In this document: in pieces, positions 53,059 through 61,692 of the stretch
How the letters are laid out: each line of letters opens with the position of its first letter
How positions within the stretch are numbered: position 1 is the stretch's first letter
Sequence record: LC667451.1
DNA: 64,000 bases
Strand: one strand, 5' to 3'
Position numbers and translations under genes: made by a program
Notes under the pieces: model-generated
Told to the model about the DNA's origin: nothing
Seen by the model: only the letters and a program-made list of their open reading frames with translations
Database searches by the model: none

Positions 53059-53197
53059 TAGGTAGCGTATCGGTTTTATCTAAAATGCATAACTATCGAG
53101 CGAGAAGAGTGCGTCCTGAGAACCTTGCGGCGTCCGGTCTCAAGGGTGAGCACGCGGCACGCACACCCTCCTCGCTGGGATAGTCACTAGATACCTA
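53059..53197 (-). ncRNA. ~140-nt long-stem structured RNA
   Basis: ACTATC/GATAGT, AGCGAGGAGGG/CTCTTCTCGCT, TGCGT/ACGCA, CC-GCAA-GG apical loop. Confidence 0.5.
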
Positions 53198-53225
53198 TTC
53201 TGAATAAAAAAAGAAGTTTGGTAAA

Positions 53226-53257
53226 GCTGGGACGGGGAAAGGCCCCGTCCCTATGCC
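53226..53257. terminator. bidirectional hairpin
   Basis: GGGACGGGG/CCCCGTCCC stem; TATGCC on plus. Confidence 0.7.
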
Positions 53258-53258
53258 G

Positions 53259-54017
53259 TTAATAGCCGCGATACCCTACAGACCAGCCACGGCGGCTGTT
53301 GTAGTTGATGTAGCCACCACCATACGCCGGATAGACCGGATAGTTACGCGGCACGTAACCCTGAGCGATCACAACCGGTGGCGGTACATAGACCGGTTGC
53401 GGTTGCACGTACACCGGACGCGGCGGCACTTGGTAGCCCGGCGGCGGGTATGGATCATAACCGTACTCTTCGTAGGCTTCCTGGCGATTACGCCAACTCG
53501 GTGCGCGGCCATACTGCGTGGCCGGTTCGTAGTAGCGTGGGTCAGGTTGCACCACATTCACCACCACAGGCGGTTGCGGGCGTTGCTGATAGACGACTTG
53601 CGGCTGTTGCTGGACCGGCGCATACATCGGACGCTGAGCCGGGATCGCTTGTACCTGTGCGGCCTGCGGATAGCCCGCGTACGCCTTCGGTTGAGCCGGA
53701 GCCTGCGTAGGCATGTCCGCCGGAAGCGGAGGCAAGGGAGGCACGTTTTGCGCATCCATTTGCTTCTGCATTGCACGGCCATTGATCAGACCGTTACGGA
53801 AGGCCCGAGCAGTCGGCGTCATCGGGTGCTGCGGATCTTCCACCGCACCGTCGTCGTTCGTCAGGCCTTCGCTGACCACACGCTCGTTAGGGGCGAGCGC
53901 AAGATCCTCCGTGCCATCGTACGCAGAGACAGGACCATCGGCCCATGCCAGATGCGGGGTTGCCACGAGCATGACTGCCGCTGCAGTTGCAGCCACCATC
54001 AGTTCTTTGAAGTTCAT
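53259..54017 (-). CDS. secreted Pro/Gln/Tyr-rich low-complexity protein
   Basis: signal peptide (AWA|D); PQY-rich C-terminal half. Confidence 0.75.
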   Translation of the reverse strand: MNFKELMVAATAAAVMLVATPHLAWADGPVSAYDGTEDLALAPNERVVSEGLTNDDGAVEDPQHPMTPTARAFRNGLINGRAMQKQMDAQNVPPLPPLPADMPTQAPAQPKAYAGYPQAAQVQAIPAQRPMYAPVQQQPQVVYQQRPQPPVVVNVVQPDPRYYEPATQYGRAPSWRNRQEAYEEYGYDPYPPPGYQVPPRPVYVQPQPVYVPPPVVIAQGYVPRNYPVYPAYGGGYINYNSRRGWSVGYRGY

Positions 54018-54037
54018 TGCGCTCTCCTTGAGCTAAA

Positions 54038-54430
54038 TTACAGGTCCCACTTCAGCTGCGTTTGTGCGCTGATCAGGTGGTTCCACACATCGTCGATAAA
54101 CTGATTCAGTTGCTGTTCGTCAGCGAACTGGATCAGCTGCATGTCGTCTACACCGAACACCGGGTGACGTTCCGAAAGGTGTCGGTCGTAAATGGCATAC
54201 TTGAAGATGCCTTGTTCACGATCGAGCGGGTTGATGAGGATAGCGCGCTGCATGCCGCCGGGATTCTGGTTCACCGGAAACGGATGGGTGACCTCCGTGG
54301 CACGACCGTCACCGAAGTCAAACATCAGTGCCTGATAGTTACCCGTGTTTTCGGCCTTATCCATCAGACGGGCCATGATGTTGCTCATCATTACGCGCAT
54401 TACTTGGTACTCCTGAAAAAAGAAGGGCAT
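54038..54430 (-). CDS. hypothetical protein
   Basis: ORF; start probably MRVMM at 54400. Confidence 0.7.
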   Translation of the reverse strand: MPFFFQEYQVMRVMMSNIMARLMDKAENTGNYQALMFDFGDGRATEVTHPFPVNQNPGGMQRAILINPLDREQGIFKYAIYDRHLSERHPVFGVDDMQLIQFADEQQLNQFIDDVWNHLISAQTQLKWDL

Positions 54431-54462
54431 AAAGCTCCGGTAGCCCGAAGGCCACCGGAGTC
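54427..54462 (-). terminator. hairpin (TTCG loop) with TTATGCC tail
   Basis: CTCCGG/CCGGAG stem. Confidence 0.7.
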
Positions 54463-54477
54463 CTCACTGCTTAGTGC

Positions 54478-56127
54478 TTAGGCGCGGACGTTGTCCTTGC
54501 CGTAGCCTGCCTTGAGCAGACCGTCGCACAGTTCCACCAGTTCACGCATGGTGAACTCGGCGCCCTTGATCTCGACGGTCTGATTGACCAGCGTGAGCGA
54601 GCGGACCTTGTTGTCCGAGTAGCCCAGTGCGGTCAGTTCGTCAGCCAGCTGATCGGCTTCAGCCTGCGTGAACGCGATACCCTTGATGTGGATATCGGTA
54701 TTCAACAGGGGAGCCGTCGACGGTGCCGGAGCAGCCTTGACGTTGACGAGGGGTTTTGCTGCGCCTGCTTGCGTTGCTTTGGTCATGGTAGACTCTTCGG
54801 TGTTGTCTTGCGATTGAACGACGGATGCTGCCGGTTCTTGTGCCGGGGCTTCTTGTGCTACGGGCGCTGCGTCCATCGGCAGTTCCGATTGCTCGGGTGC
54901 CTTGGCTGCCGCTTGCAGAGCTTCCTGCGTTTCCTTCGGGATGCGATGTTGCAGGCGGTTATCTGCGGGCATCGGCACACCTTCCTTCAGGCGGTAGTTG
55001 AAGTAGAACTTGCCTTCCACCGCCTGGCGTTCCAACAGACCGTCCTGGAACATCTTGGAGAGCATCGTCGCGGCCGACTTTGCACTGATGTCCGGCTTGC
55101 CTGCTACCACGAGCGTCTGGATTTCCGGCGTGGTGTACCACTTATGGTCGTGGATCACCTTCCAGATCACCTGCGCATTCGAATCATCCGGCTGGACGAT
55201 GTAGAGGCTCGGGTCGACTGCAGGTGTCGCTTCAACCGCCGGATCAGCAGCGGCTGCCAGATGCGCAGCGTCGTCTTCCTTCTCCTCGACGCGTTCTTGC
55301 GCGATGGCTTGCTCGAGCGCAGCGACACCACGATCCATGGCTTCGGCGCTGTGACCCAGATGGCCGCTGAAGTCGATGTTCGACGGCGCGAACTTCGCCG
55401 CCACCGTTTCGGTGATGTTGCCCTTGAATTCGCTGAAGGCTGCCGGGAGCATCGGGTCGCTATTGGACATCGTGGGCATCGGCATGGTCTTCTTAAGCGT
55501 GTACGTCGTATCACGACCCCGACCCTTGGCCACCCGATCAAACCAGCGGTTATTGCGAATCAGCGTATCGAGACGACGATCCACCTGACGACCATCGAAC
55601 TTGTATTCGACGAGGATCTGACGAATCTCGCCCGGCGTACGCGGCTTGTAGTCTGCCATCGTCTTCCACACTGCGAGGTCGATGCCGTCTTCGAGCGTGA
55701 TCACACCCTTCGGGTCCATCGCCTTGCGGGTGCCTTCCGGATCACGCAACACAAACGGCGCTGCCTTGTTGCGAGCGCTCGTGATCGTTTCGACCGGAGT
55801 GCGTTTCAGGGTGTACGTATTTGCGCGACCTGTGATTGCCATGATTTCGAACTTTCCTTCGTTTGCGAACTTGTTCATGAGTGCCGGAACGGTTCCGGCA
55901 TCGGGGTGCTTAGCCAAAGCACGCTGCACTTCACCCGCCGTCCAGCCGCGGTAGTTGCGCATCAGGTTGAGAATGCAAATCTCAATCTCGTCAAACGTTT
56001 CTACCTTTGCTGCGACCTCTGCGGCAGCCAGCTGTTCAGAGAAGCTACCTTCTTGCTCCTGCTTACCGAACAGTTGATGGATGTTGCGCAGATCCTTCAG
56101 TGTGCGACCTTTACTCATCACAAACAA
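54478..56127 (-). CDS. protein with three winged-helix-like repeats and two short C-terminal repeats
   Basis: three ~65-aa I/VW..M......T..EI...L repeats ending in Y.LK; IKG..FT..E...L.D.L twice. Confidence 0.75.
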   Translation of the reverse strand: MFVMSKGRTLKDLRNIHQLFGKQEQEGSFSEQLAAAEVAAKVETFDEIEICILNLMRNYRGWTAGEVQRALAKHPDAGTVPALMNKFANEGKFEIMAITGRANTYTLKRTPVETITSARNKAAPFVLRDPEGTRKAMDPKGVITLEDGIDLAVWKTMADYKPRTPGEIRQILVEYKFDGRQVDRRLDTLIRNNRWFDRVAKGRGRDTTYTLKKTMPMPTMSNSDPMLPAAFSEFKGNITETVAAKFAPSNIDFSGHLGHSAEAMDRGVAALEQAIAQERVEEKEDDAAHLAAAADPAVEATPAVDPSLYIVQPDDSNAQVIWKVIHDHKWYTTPEIQTLVVAGKPDISAKSAATMLSKMFQDGLLERQAVEGKFYFNYRLKEGVPMPADNRLQHRIPKETQEALQAAAKAPEQSELPMDAAPVAQEAPAQEPAASVVQSQDNTEESTMTKATQAGAAKPLVNVKAAPAPSTAPLLNTDIHIKGIAFTQAEADQLADELTALGYSDNKVRSLTLVNQTVEIKGAEFTMRELVELCDGLLKAGYGKDNVRA

Positions 56128-56196
56128 CTCCTTTTTCTTAGCTGTAATTGATCAACTAGACTTACTGAGATCTCACATCTGTTTGATCTCACGCTG

Positions 56197-56226
56197 GTTA
56201 TATAGGGCTGAAATTCTTTTCAATCC
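56197..56226 (-). promoter_or_regulatory. phage early-type promoter
   Basis: GGATTGAAAAGAATTTCAGCCCTATATAAC. Confidence 0.7.
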
Positions 56227-56299
56227 ACCATAAACGACCTGTTGCTCGTCCCCCTGCGGAGCATCCGATAATTGCGTCCGGTAAGAATAGCACAACAAG

Positions 56300-56330
56300 G
56301 TCATAAAGGCGAGGCCGAAGCCCCGCCCTT
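56300..56330 (-). terminator. hairpin (TTCG loop) with TTATGAC tail
   Basis: GGCG.GGC-TTCG-GCC.CGCC stem. Confidence 0.7.
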
Positions 56331-56342
56331 ATTTACATTGAA

Positions 56343-56852
56343 TTACGTCGGATCAGTCCAGACGATCTTGGCCACGTCTTCCGGCGTACCGGCGTTCGCA
56401 ACTTGTGCTTCGAGCACGTTCAGCTGATAGGTGCACTTCTCGATACGCGCCATGCCATCGAGCCCCACCTTCTGAATCTGGGCAGCCGTGTGGGCACGCA
56501 ATGAAGTCGCGCCTGAGGTGCTGGTACACTTGAAGAGCGTGGTCCAGGTCGAGGGCAAGCTCGGTAGCATTGACGCAATCACCGATGAGGACAGATTGGC
56601 CTGATCCTCGAGAGTGGACGGATACGTGTACGGCGCACCCAGCGCGCTGGACACAAAACCGCTCTGCGTAGCAGCCTGCCAGGCGGCATTCAGGGTGGCG
56701 ACCTGTTGTTCGCGGGCAATGTTCAGCGGTGTGGGGAGATCCGCAGCGGCTTCTTCGTCAGTGAGAACCACGCTACCGGGCGGCAATTCATTGATGAAAG
56801 CGATCGAGGCGAAATACACCACTGCGCCATCGGTGTTTCTGTAGTAAGGCAT
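56343..56852 (-). CDS. tail fibre assembly/chaperone-like protein (DUF4376-like)
   Basis: L..A......GF.S.ALG..Y.YPS...DQ.NL ... HTA.QI..V motif. Confidence 0.7.
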   Translation of the reverse strand: MPYYRNTDGAVVYFASIAFINELPPGSVVLTDEEAAADLPTPLNIAREQQVATLNAAWQAATQSGFVSSALGAPYTYPSTLEDQANLSSSVIASMLPSLPSTWTTLFKCTSTSGATSLRAHTAAQIQKVGLDGMARIEKCTYQLNVLEAQVANAGTPEDVAKIVWTDPT

Positions 56853-56861
56853 TGCTTCCTC

Positions 56862-57800
56862 TTAAATGTTGTCAGTCCAACCCATCACGCACAGGATACC
56901 CGAGTTCCCTGACGTGCCTGGTGTCGGCGGCTGAGCGCCCGCGTTGGAGGCCCAGTAGATGTTGTTGGACTCCACGGCAATGTCATCATCCGTGAAGAGG
57001 TACGAACCCACGTTCGAATGCATAATCGGGGGCAGGTTAGCGATCGAGTTCCAGGCACCGAAGTTATTGTTCGGCGCCACCATCACAGTACAGGAACCAC
57101 CGTTCGAACCCGTGAGCAGCTTCAGATCCACCGTGGTCGGCGGTGCAAATGCAGTCCAGGGAATCGCCACCCAGGTCGGAATGGTGGTGTCGCCCGCCGC
57201 GCCGCTTGCCAGAATCGGCAAGGCCGTAACGTTCGAGCTTGCAGTCACCTTGTAGCGAACTTCTGCGCCCTTTTGCTGCATGGCCAACGGACGACAGTTG
57301 GTGGTCGAATCCGTACGAATCCAACCCACGCGCGTGTAGAACGTATAGCCCGAAGGCAACGTCGGCGCTGTAGCACTGGCTGAAAGGATTGCCCCTGCAC
57401 CCACAGAGGGATTGTAGACGACCCAGACAGAATACCAGGTGTTCGGTTGGAACGTACCGGTGTCCAGACTGTTCAGCCCACTGCCCACAATGCCCTGATT
57501 ACTACAAGCAGCCACCACGTTGACGTTGGAGAGCACGACGACATGACCACTGCCGTCTTTAAGCACCATCTCCAAAGCCTGGACCGAAACACTTTGATCC
57601 TTACCCGTGGTATTGACTGTCAGCGCATTGAACAAACCCCGCACCAAGGCGATGTTACTCACCGTGTTACTGAGCGTCGTGATCTGGTTCTGCAACGCTG
57701 ACTCATCGGAATCAGTTGCAGTTTGAAAACTCTTGATCTTCGTGGCTACCTGACCAATCGCAGTCGAGGCGGCAGCCAGCGCGTCAGATAGTGCTGACAT
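56862..57800 (-). CDS. tail-fibre-related protein
   Basis: N-terminal coiled coil; LDTG...NTWY.VW..LS.S.T.PTLPSGY...RVGW module common in phage tail fibres. Confidence 0.7.
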   Translation of the reverse strand: MSALSDALAAASTAIGQVATKIKSFQTATDSDESALQNQITTLSNTVSNIALVRGLFNALTVNTTGKDQSVSVQALEMVLKDGSGHVVVLSNVNVVAACSNQGIVGSGLNSLDTGTFQPNTWYSVWVVYNPSVGAGAILSASATAPTLPSGYTFYTRVGWIRTDSTTNCRPLAMQQKGAEVRYKVTASSNVTALPILASGAAGDTTIPTWVAIPWTAFAPPTTVDLKLLTGSNGGSCTVMVAPNNNFGAWNSIANLPPIMHSNVGSYLFTDDDIAVESNNIYWASNAGAQPPTPGTSGNSGILCVMGWTDNI

Positions 57801-57815
57801 GATTCATCCTTTCGT

Positions 57816-58421
57816 TTATGCGGCGATGAAGAAACCTCCCACGCGCGCGGTAAATGCATTGCCTGCGTCACCGTCAGCATGAACGGTGAGTACGATCTGC
57901 ACGACCTGACCTGCACTGACAGGGACTGTACCGAAGTGTGACTGAGAAGTCACTGTGCTATCCCCGGAGACGTTCGTGCCAGCAATCGATAGATTTACCG
58001 TCATGCTTGCGGTGGCATTGTTCGACATATTCAGCGAGCCGAAGGCAAAGACGTGGCCAGCAGCAGGCGCAGTCAGCGAACACGTGAGGGTCTGTGTCTG
58101 ACCCGCGCTGAGGGTTGAGCCCTGTGCCCCATCCGTCACAACGGGCGCAATGATGTCGGCCTTCAGGACGTTGATCTGATTCTGCAGACTGACGTCGGCG
58201 TTGTTACGTGCGGTAGCTTCCGCTGAATCTGCGCTCGCCCGCGCGGATGCCTCACTCGTATCGGCGTTCGCTCGTGTCGTAGCTTCACTACTATCAGCGT
58301 TGGTGCGATTCGTGGTTTCAGTCGAGATGGACGTACTAAGATGGCTGAGGTCCAACCCGAGCGCATTACCCACACCTTGAACGGCAGTCACGAGTGCCTG
58401 CACGCTACTGGCAATTCCCAT
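57816..58421 (-). CDS. tail-fibre-related protein with 11-aa coiled-coil repeats
   Basis: SEATTRANADT-type repeats; beta-rich C-terminus. Confidence 0.7.
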   Translation of the reverse strand: MGIASSVQALVTAVQGVGNALGLDLSHLSTSISTETTNRTNADSSEATTRANADTSEASARASADSAEATARNNADVSLQNQINVLKADIIAPVVTDGAQGSTLSAGQTQTLTCSLTAPAAGHVFAFGSLNMSNNATASMTVNLSIAGTNVSGDSTVTSQSHFGTVPVSAGQVVQIVLTVHADGDAGNAFTARVGGFFIAA

Positions 58422-58481
58422 ATTGACCTCAGATGCGAAGAGTATTTTACATAGGATTGGCCGAACTTTTGACGTCACGAC

Positions 58482-58518
58482 GGCATAAAGCCCGGAGGTT
58501 TCCCTCCGGGCCTATGAC
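58482..58518. terminator. bidirectional hairpin with TATG on both sides
   Basis: GCCCGGAGG/CCTCCGGGC stem. Confidence 0.7.
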
Positions 58519-58546
58519 CAGGGTTTCGTTGTGCCGCACTCATCAG
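58516..58546 (-). other. hammerhead-ribozyme-like core
   Basis: CTGATGAG-N10-CGAAAC-CCTG-GTC; stem I not identifiable. Confidence 0.35.
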
Positions 58547-58628
58547 TACTACGGTGTTGGCAGCACCCTGCTGAGCGTCCTATCGGTGAAACCCTATCGC
58601 CGTCGCTAGGAGCAGACGATGGCAATGC

Positions 58629-59207
58629 TTACAACGGAAAGTCCGCTTTCTTGATCTTCACCATGCGGCCATCGGGATGATGCCACACGATGCCCTCAAT
58701 CGAGCGGGCTTGCAAGTAGTCCTTCAGGCCTACGAAGATGCGCGGCGCATCTTCGATCACATCCTTACCGTGAGGGATCAGAGTGTGTTCGCTGAGCTTT
58801 TCAGGATTGGCACCATGGCGAGTACCAATCTTGGGCCCACATGCTTCGTAGGTACCATCCGGAACCCCGTTTTCCCACAACTGCTTCGCTTTGTTCACCG
58901 CCTCCATGACATGCTTTCCTGCCGCACAATCAGCAGGCACCCAGCCCGGCCAATGGCCAGTCTTAGGATCGGCAGCAGGTTGGGCAGGGATAAAGCCTTC
59001 TGGCTCTTGGCGGCCTTGCTTCAGATCGTAGCGCATGAATGCGACACCATCCTTAATCAAGACCGCTACGCCGTCCCATTTGCGCGTCGCGATACCTTCA
59101 CCGCGAATCACCCATTCTGCACCTTCCGTCACGACATCGTGGACGAGACGACCCCGCGCGGGATCGGCTTCACGAAGACGTTGAAACAGCGAGACTATCT
59201 TTTTCAT
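58629..59207 (-). CDS. RNA ligase-like nucleotidyltransferase (DUF5565-like)
   Basis: motif I TRKWDG, III TYE..G, IV EGIV, V VKIK. Confidence 0.75.
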   Translation of the reverse strand: MKKIVSLFQRLREADPARGRLVHDVVTEGAEWVIRGEGIATRKWDGVAVLIKDGVAFMRYDLKQGRQEPEGFIPAQPAADPKTGHWPGWVPADCAAGKHVMEAVNKAKQLWENGVPDGTYEACGPKIGTRHGANPEKLSEHTLIPHGKDVIEDAPRIFVGLKDYLQARSIEGIVWHHPDGRMVKIKKADFPL

Positions 59208-59276
59208 GCTACACCTTAAATGATGGATTGAATTAAGTTTTCGAATCCCATCACCCCCACCATTAAGGCTTACTAC

Positions 59277-59627
59277 TTACTGCCGGGGCCGACGATTGTA
59301 GTTCACGCGTGTTACGCGGACCTTAAGCGTCACCCCTTCCAACGCGTCGACGTTGGTGTCTTTCGACAGCGTCACGTCGCCAAGTTCCGTGTTAAACACC
59401 ACGGAACCTTCGTGCTTGCCGTTACGCTGGAGTGCGAATGCAATCTGGCGCGGCGGCTGCGGAATACGGCGCTCGGCAGTCCATGTAAAACCTTCCCCGT
59501 GGATACCCAGCACTTCAACGGACTCGACACAATCGGTCGAGTCCGCGTATTCCATCTGGTCCGTTTCCGACAGCAGGTTATGCGAAGCCGGTTGGTCCAG
59601 TTTAATGTGTACTTCGTCGAAATTCAT
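59277..59627 (-). CDS. hypothetical protein
   Basis: ORF track, GAGAG SD. Confidence 0.65.
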   Translation of the reverse strand: MNFDEVHIKLDQPASHNLLSETDQMEYADSTDCVESVEVLGIHGEGFTWTAERRIPQPPRQIAFALQRNGKHEGSVVFNTELGDVTLSKDTNVDALEGVTLKVRVTRVNYNRRPRQ

Positions 59628-59812
59628 GCTCTACTCTCTATCCTGATCTCTGAAAGGTGATTAGCGCTTCATGATCATTCCTTCTTCACGTTGGCCCCCG
59701 CAGGCAGGACGGTCAGGGTGTACGCTCCCGTTAGGCTCGCAATTGAGAGGATAGTACGGTTAGACCGGGATTGAAGTTATCGTTGCAAAACATGGATAAC
59801 TCGAGTCAAAAA

Positions 59813-60568
59813 TTACTTCGACTCGATCGGGTCCTTGGCCTGCGTCTTCAACTCGTTGAGTAAAGAACTCGGATAAAGCTGGGGATTCATCGCCTTGATG
59901 ACTTCACCCATGTAATTCTGACCGGTAGCGAGTTCCCAGTCTTCGATCGTGTGCTTCAGTAACCGGCACGGCTTACAGTGCTTGCACGCGACGAGCTTCT
60001 TGTGTGCATACTCGCCTTCGTACTTGGGCATTTCACAAACCCAGGTCGAACTCACCAATCGCTTGTCAATCCGATCTAACACATCGTACTTGGTCAACTG
60101 ATGATTCAAGATCGGAAAGAGCAACGGTGGTACCGGATCGAGCACGCCACGAGTCATGGTCCAACCCGCCGACCAGAAGTCCTCGTACTGCTTGCGAAAC
60201 GCAGGTGCCTGATCACCCAACACATAGCCAATGTTGACGCTGTGGTGGCGGCTGGGTTCATAGATAGCTAACGCTGCTACCAACCAGCTGATTTGCTGCA
60301 CCCCGTTCAAGCGCTGATGCTGGCTGAACGTTCGATCCAGATCGTACTCGTGGTCATGGAGTACGCGGTGCTTGTAATACTTCTCGAACAGTCCGAAGAG
60401 CTTACGCCTTGCGTCGGCCTCCTTCTTGCGTTTGAAGGGATGTGGATCGGCTTTGACAAATACCGTCTCCACATCCCCGTACTGCAAAAACCACTGCACG
60501 AGAAAGGTGGAGTCCATACCGCCTGAGAACAGGATCAGGGGGACTTTCTTATCTTCTTGTTGTTCCAT
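59813..60568 (-). CDS. QueC-like PP-loop ATPase
   Basis: LFSGGMDS PP-loop; TWVC...C..C..C zinc site. Confidence 0.75.
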   Translation of the reverse strand: MEQQEDKKVPLILFSGGMDSTFLVQWFLQYGDVETVFVKADPHPFKRKKEADARRKLFGLFEKYYKHRVLHDHEYDLDRTFSQHQRLNGVQQISWLVAALAIYEPSRHHSVNIGYVLGDQAPAFRKQYEDFWSAGWTMTRGVLDPVPPLLFPILNHQLTKYDVLDRIDKRLVSSTWVCEMPKYEGEYAHKKLVACKHCKPCRLLKHTIEDWELATGQNYMGEVIKAMNPQLYPSSLLNELKTQAKDPIESK

Positions 60569-60571
60569 TGC

Positions 60572-61036
60572 TTAGTACATTTGATCGATGGTTGAACACG
60601 GCGACGCAGAGTAGTAAAGATCTTCAGTCCGCACTTTCATGAAGACTGGAGATTGACGGTCAAGCCAACTCTCAAAGAGGTAATGACACAAACCATCGTG
60701 GTGATACATGTCGAGCATCTTGAACTGTTCGATCAGATGCTCGCCGACCATCTTAGCAGCCGACGCATAGATCATGCCGTCCATGCGACAGTCCGCTTGA
60801 TCGTGATCTTCGATGATGCGCTCAAGATACGCCTGCAGGCCATCGGTTGCCGAAGACTTCTCGTTGATGTAGCCGGGCAAGATCTCCAACACCTCGGTGA
60901 GATCACCCGAACACTGCTGCATCGCACCGACGCGCTTATGAAACGCTGCTTCAATGCCCTGCAAATCCATCACGATGTAGATCGGTCCCGGCGCATCCGC
61001 AGGCAACGGTCCCAAAGGTACTTTCTCGTACAACAT
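60572..61036 (-). CDS. hypothetical protein (distant paralog of 61059..61460)
   Basis: similar size and I.I.D...F / G.....A...GE.L...F....Y pattern. Confidence 0.75.
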   Translation of the reverse strand: MLYEKVPLGPLPADAPGPIYIVMDLQGIEAAFHKRVGAMQQCSGDLTEVLEILPGYINEKSSATDGLQAYLERIIEDHDQADCRMDGMIYASAAKMVGEHLIEQFKMLDMYHHDGLCHYLFESWLDRQSPVFMKVRTEDLYYSASPCSTIDQMY

Positions 61037-61058
61037 GACTGTCCTCCTCAGAACAGAC

Positions 61059-61460
61059 TTACTGACGTTCGCCAGTACGTGCCAGGATCAAATCCATTAC
61101 GCCGATGCGACCCGAATAGTAGTAGCCTAACTTGCCTTTGTGGTAGGCGCTAATACTGCGCAAGTCCTGATGAATCGATTCGCCGAGTTCCAATGCCGAC
61201 TTAGCCAGCACGAGGCCTTCGCTGCGCTGATCACACAGTTCGCAGTTTTCTTTCAGCTTGCGCGTGTAGTCCCAAAGATTGCTGACTGCACAAGCGTCGT
61301 AGTAGACCGCGTCCAGCACGCCGTCGATGATACTGTCGAGATATTCTTCGAGATGATCCCGCGCAATATCGATCCCGTGCGAGTTATAAAAGTCGGTACG
61401 TCTAATAAAGCGCTGAAACGCTTTTGTCGTATCGATGATAATAAACTCAGACCTTGCCAT
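61059..61460 (-). CDS. hypothetical protein
   Basis: GGAGG SD before MARSE. Confidence 0.75.
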   Translation of the reverse strand: MARSEFIIIDTTKAFQRFIRRTDFYNSHGIDIARDHLEEYLDSIIDGVLDAVYYDACAVSNLWDYTRKLKENCELCDQRSEGLVLAKSALELGESIHQDLRSISAYHKGKLGYYYSGRIGVMDLILARTGERQ

Positions 61461-61542
61461 GGTTTCCTCCCTGTATTCACTACACCATGGGCCGGGTACG
61501 TAAATATTGAACGGCAGTTTCCCACACGACATGCGAAAGAAC

Positions 61543-61573
61543 GGCATAAACCCAGGGACCGAAGTCCCTGGGC
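61543..61573 (-). terminator. hairpin (TTCG loop) with TTATGCC tail
   Basis: CCCAGGGAC/GTCCCTGGG stem. Confidence 0.75.
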
Positions 61574-61596
61574 CTAAGCTCTTCGCGCTTCCCTTC

Positions 61597-61685
61597 CGGG
61601 TCACATAAACGATGGTCTCATCGCTACGCCACTTCGTGTGTTGAGTGGCTTTATCGTAGAGCCACTATCGGATCACACAGACCCG
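61597..61685 (-). ncRNA. ~90-nt multibranch intergenic structure
   Basis: CGGGTC/GACCCG closing stem; AGTGGCT/AGCCACT and CGATG/CATCG hairpins. Confidence 0.4.
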
Positions 61686-61692
61686 CATAACA

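Noticed and set aside
59813-60568. Complete 7-deazaguanine DNA-modification system
   Set aside because: No folE, queD, queE or dpdA visible in the window.
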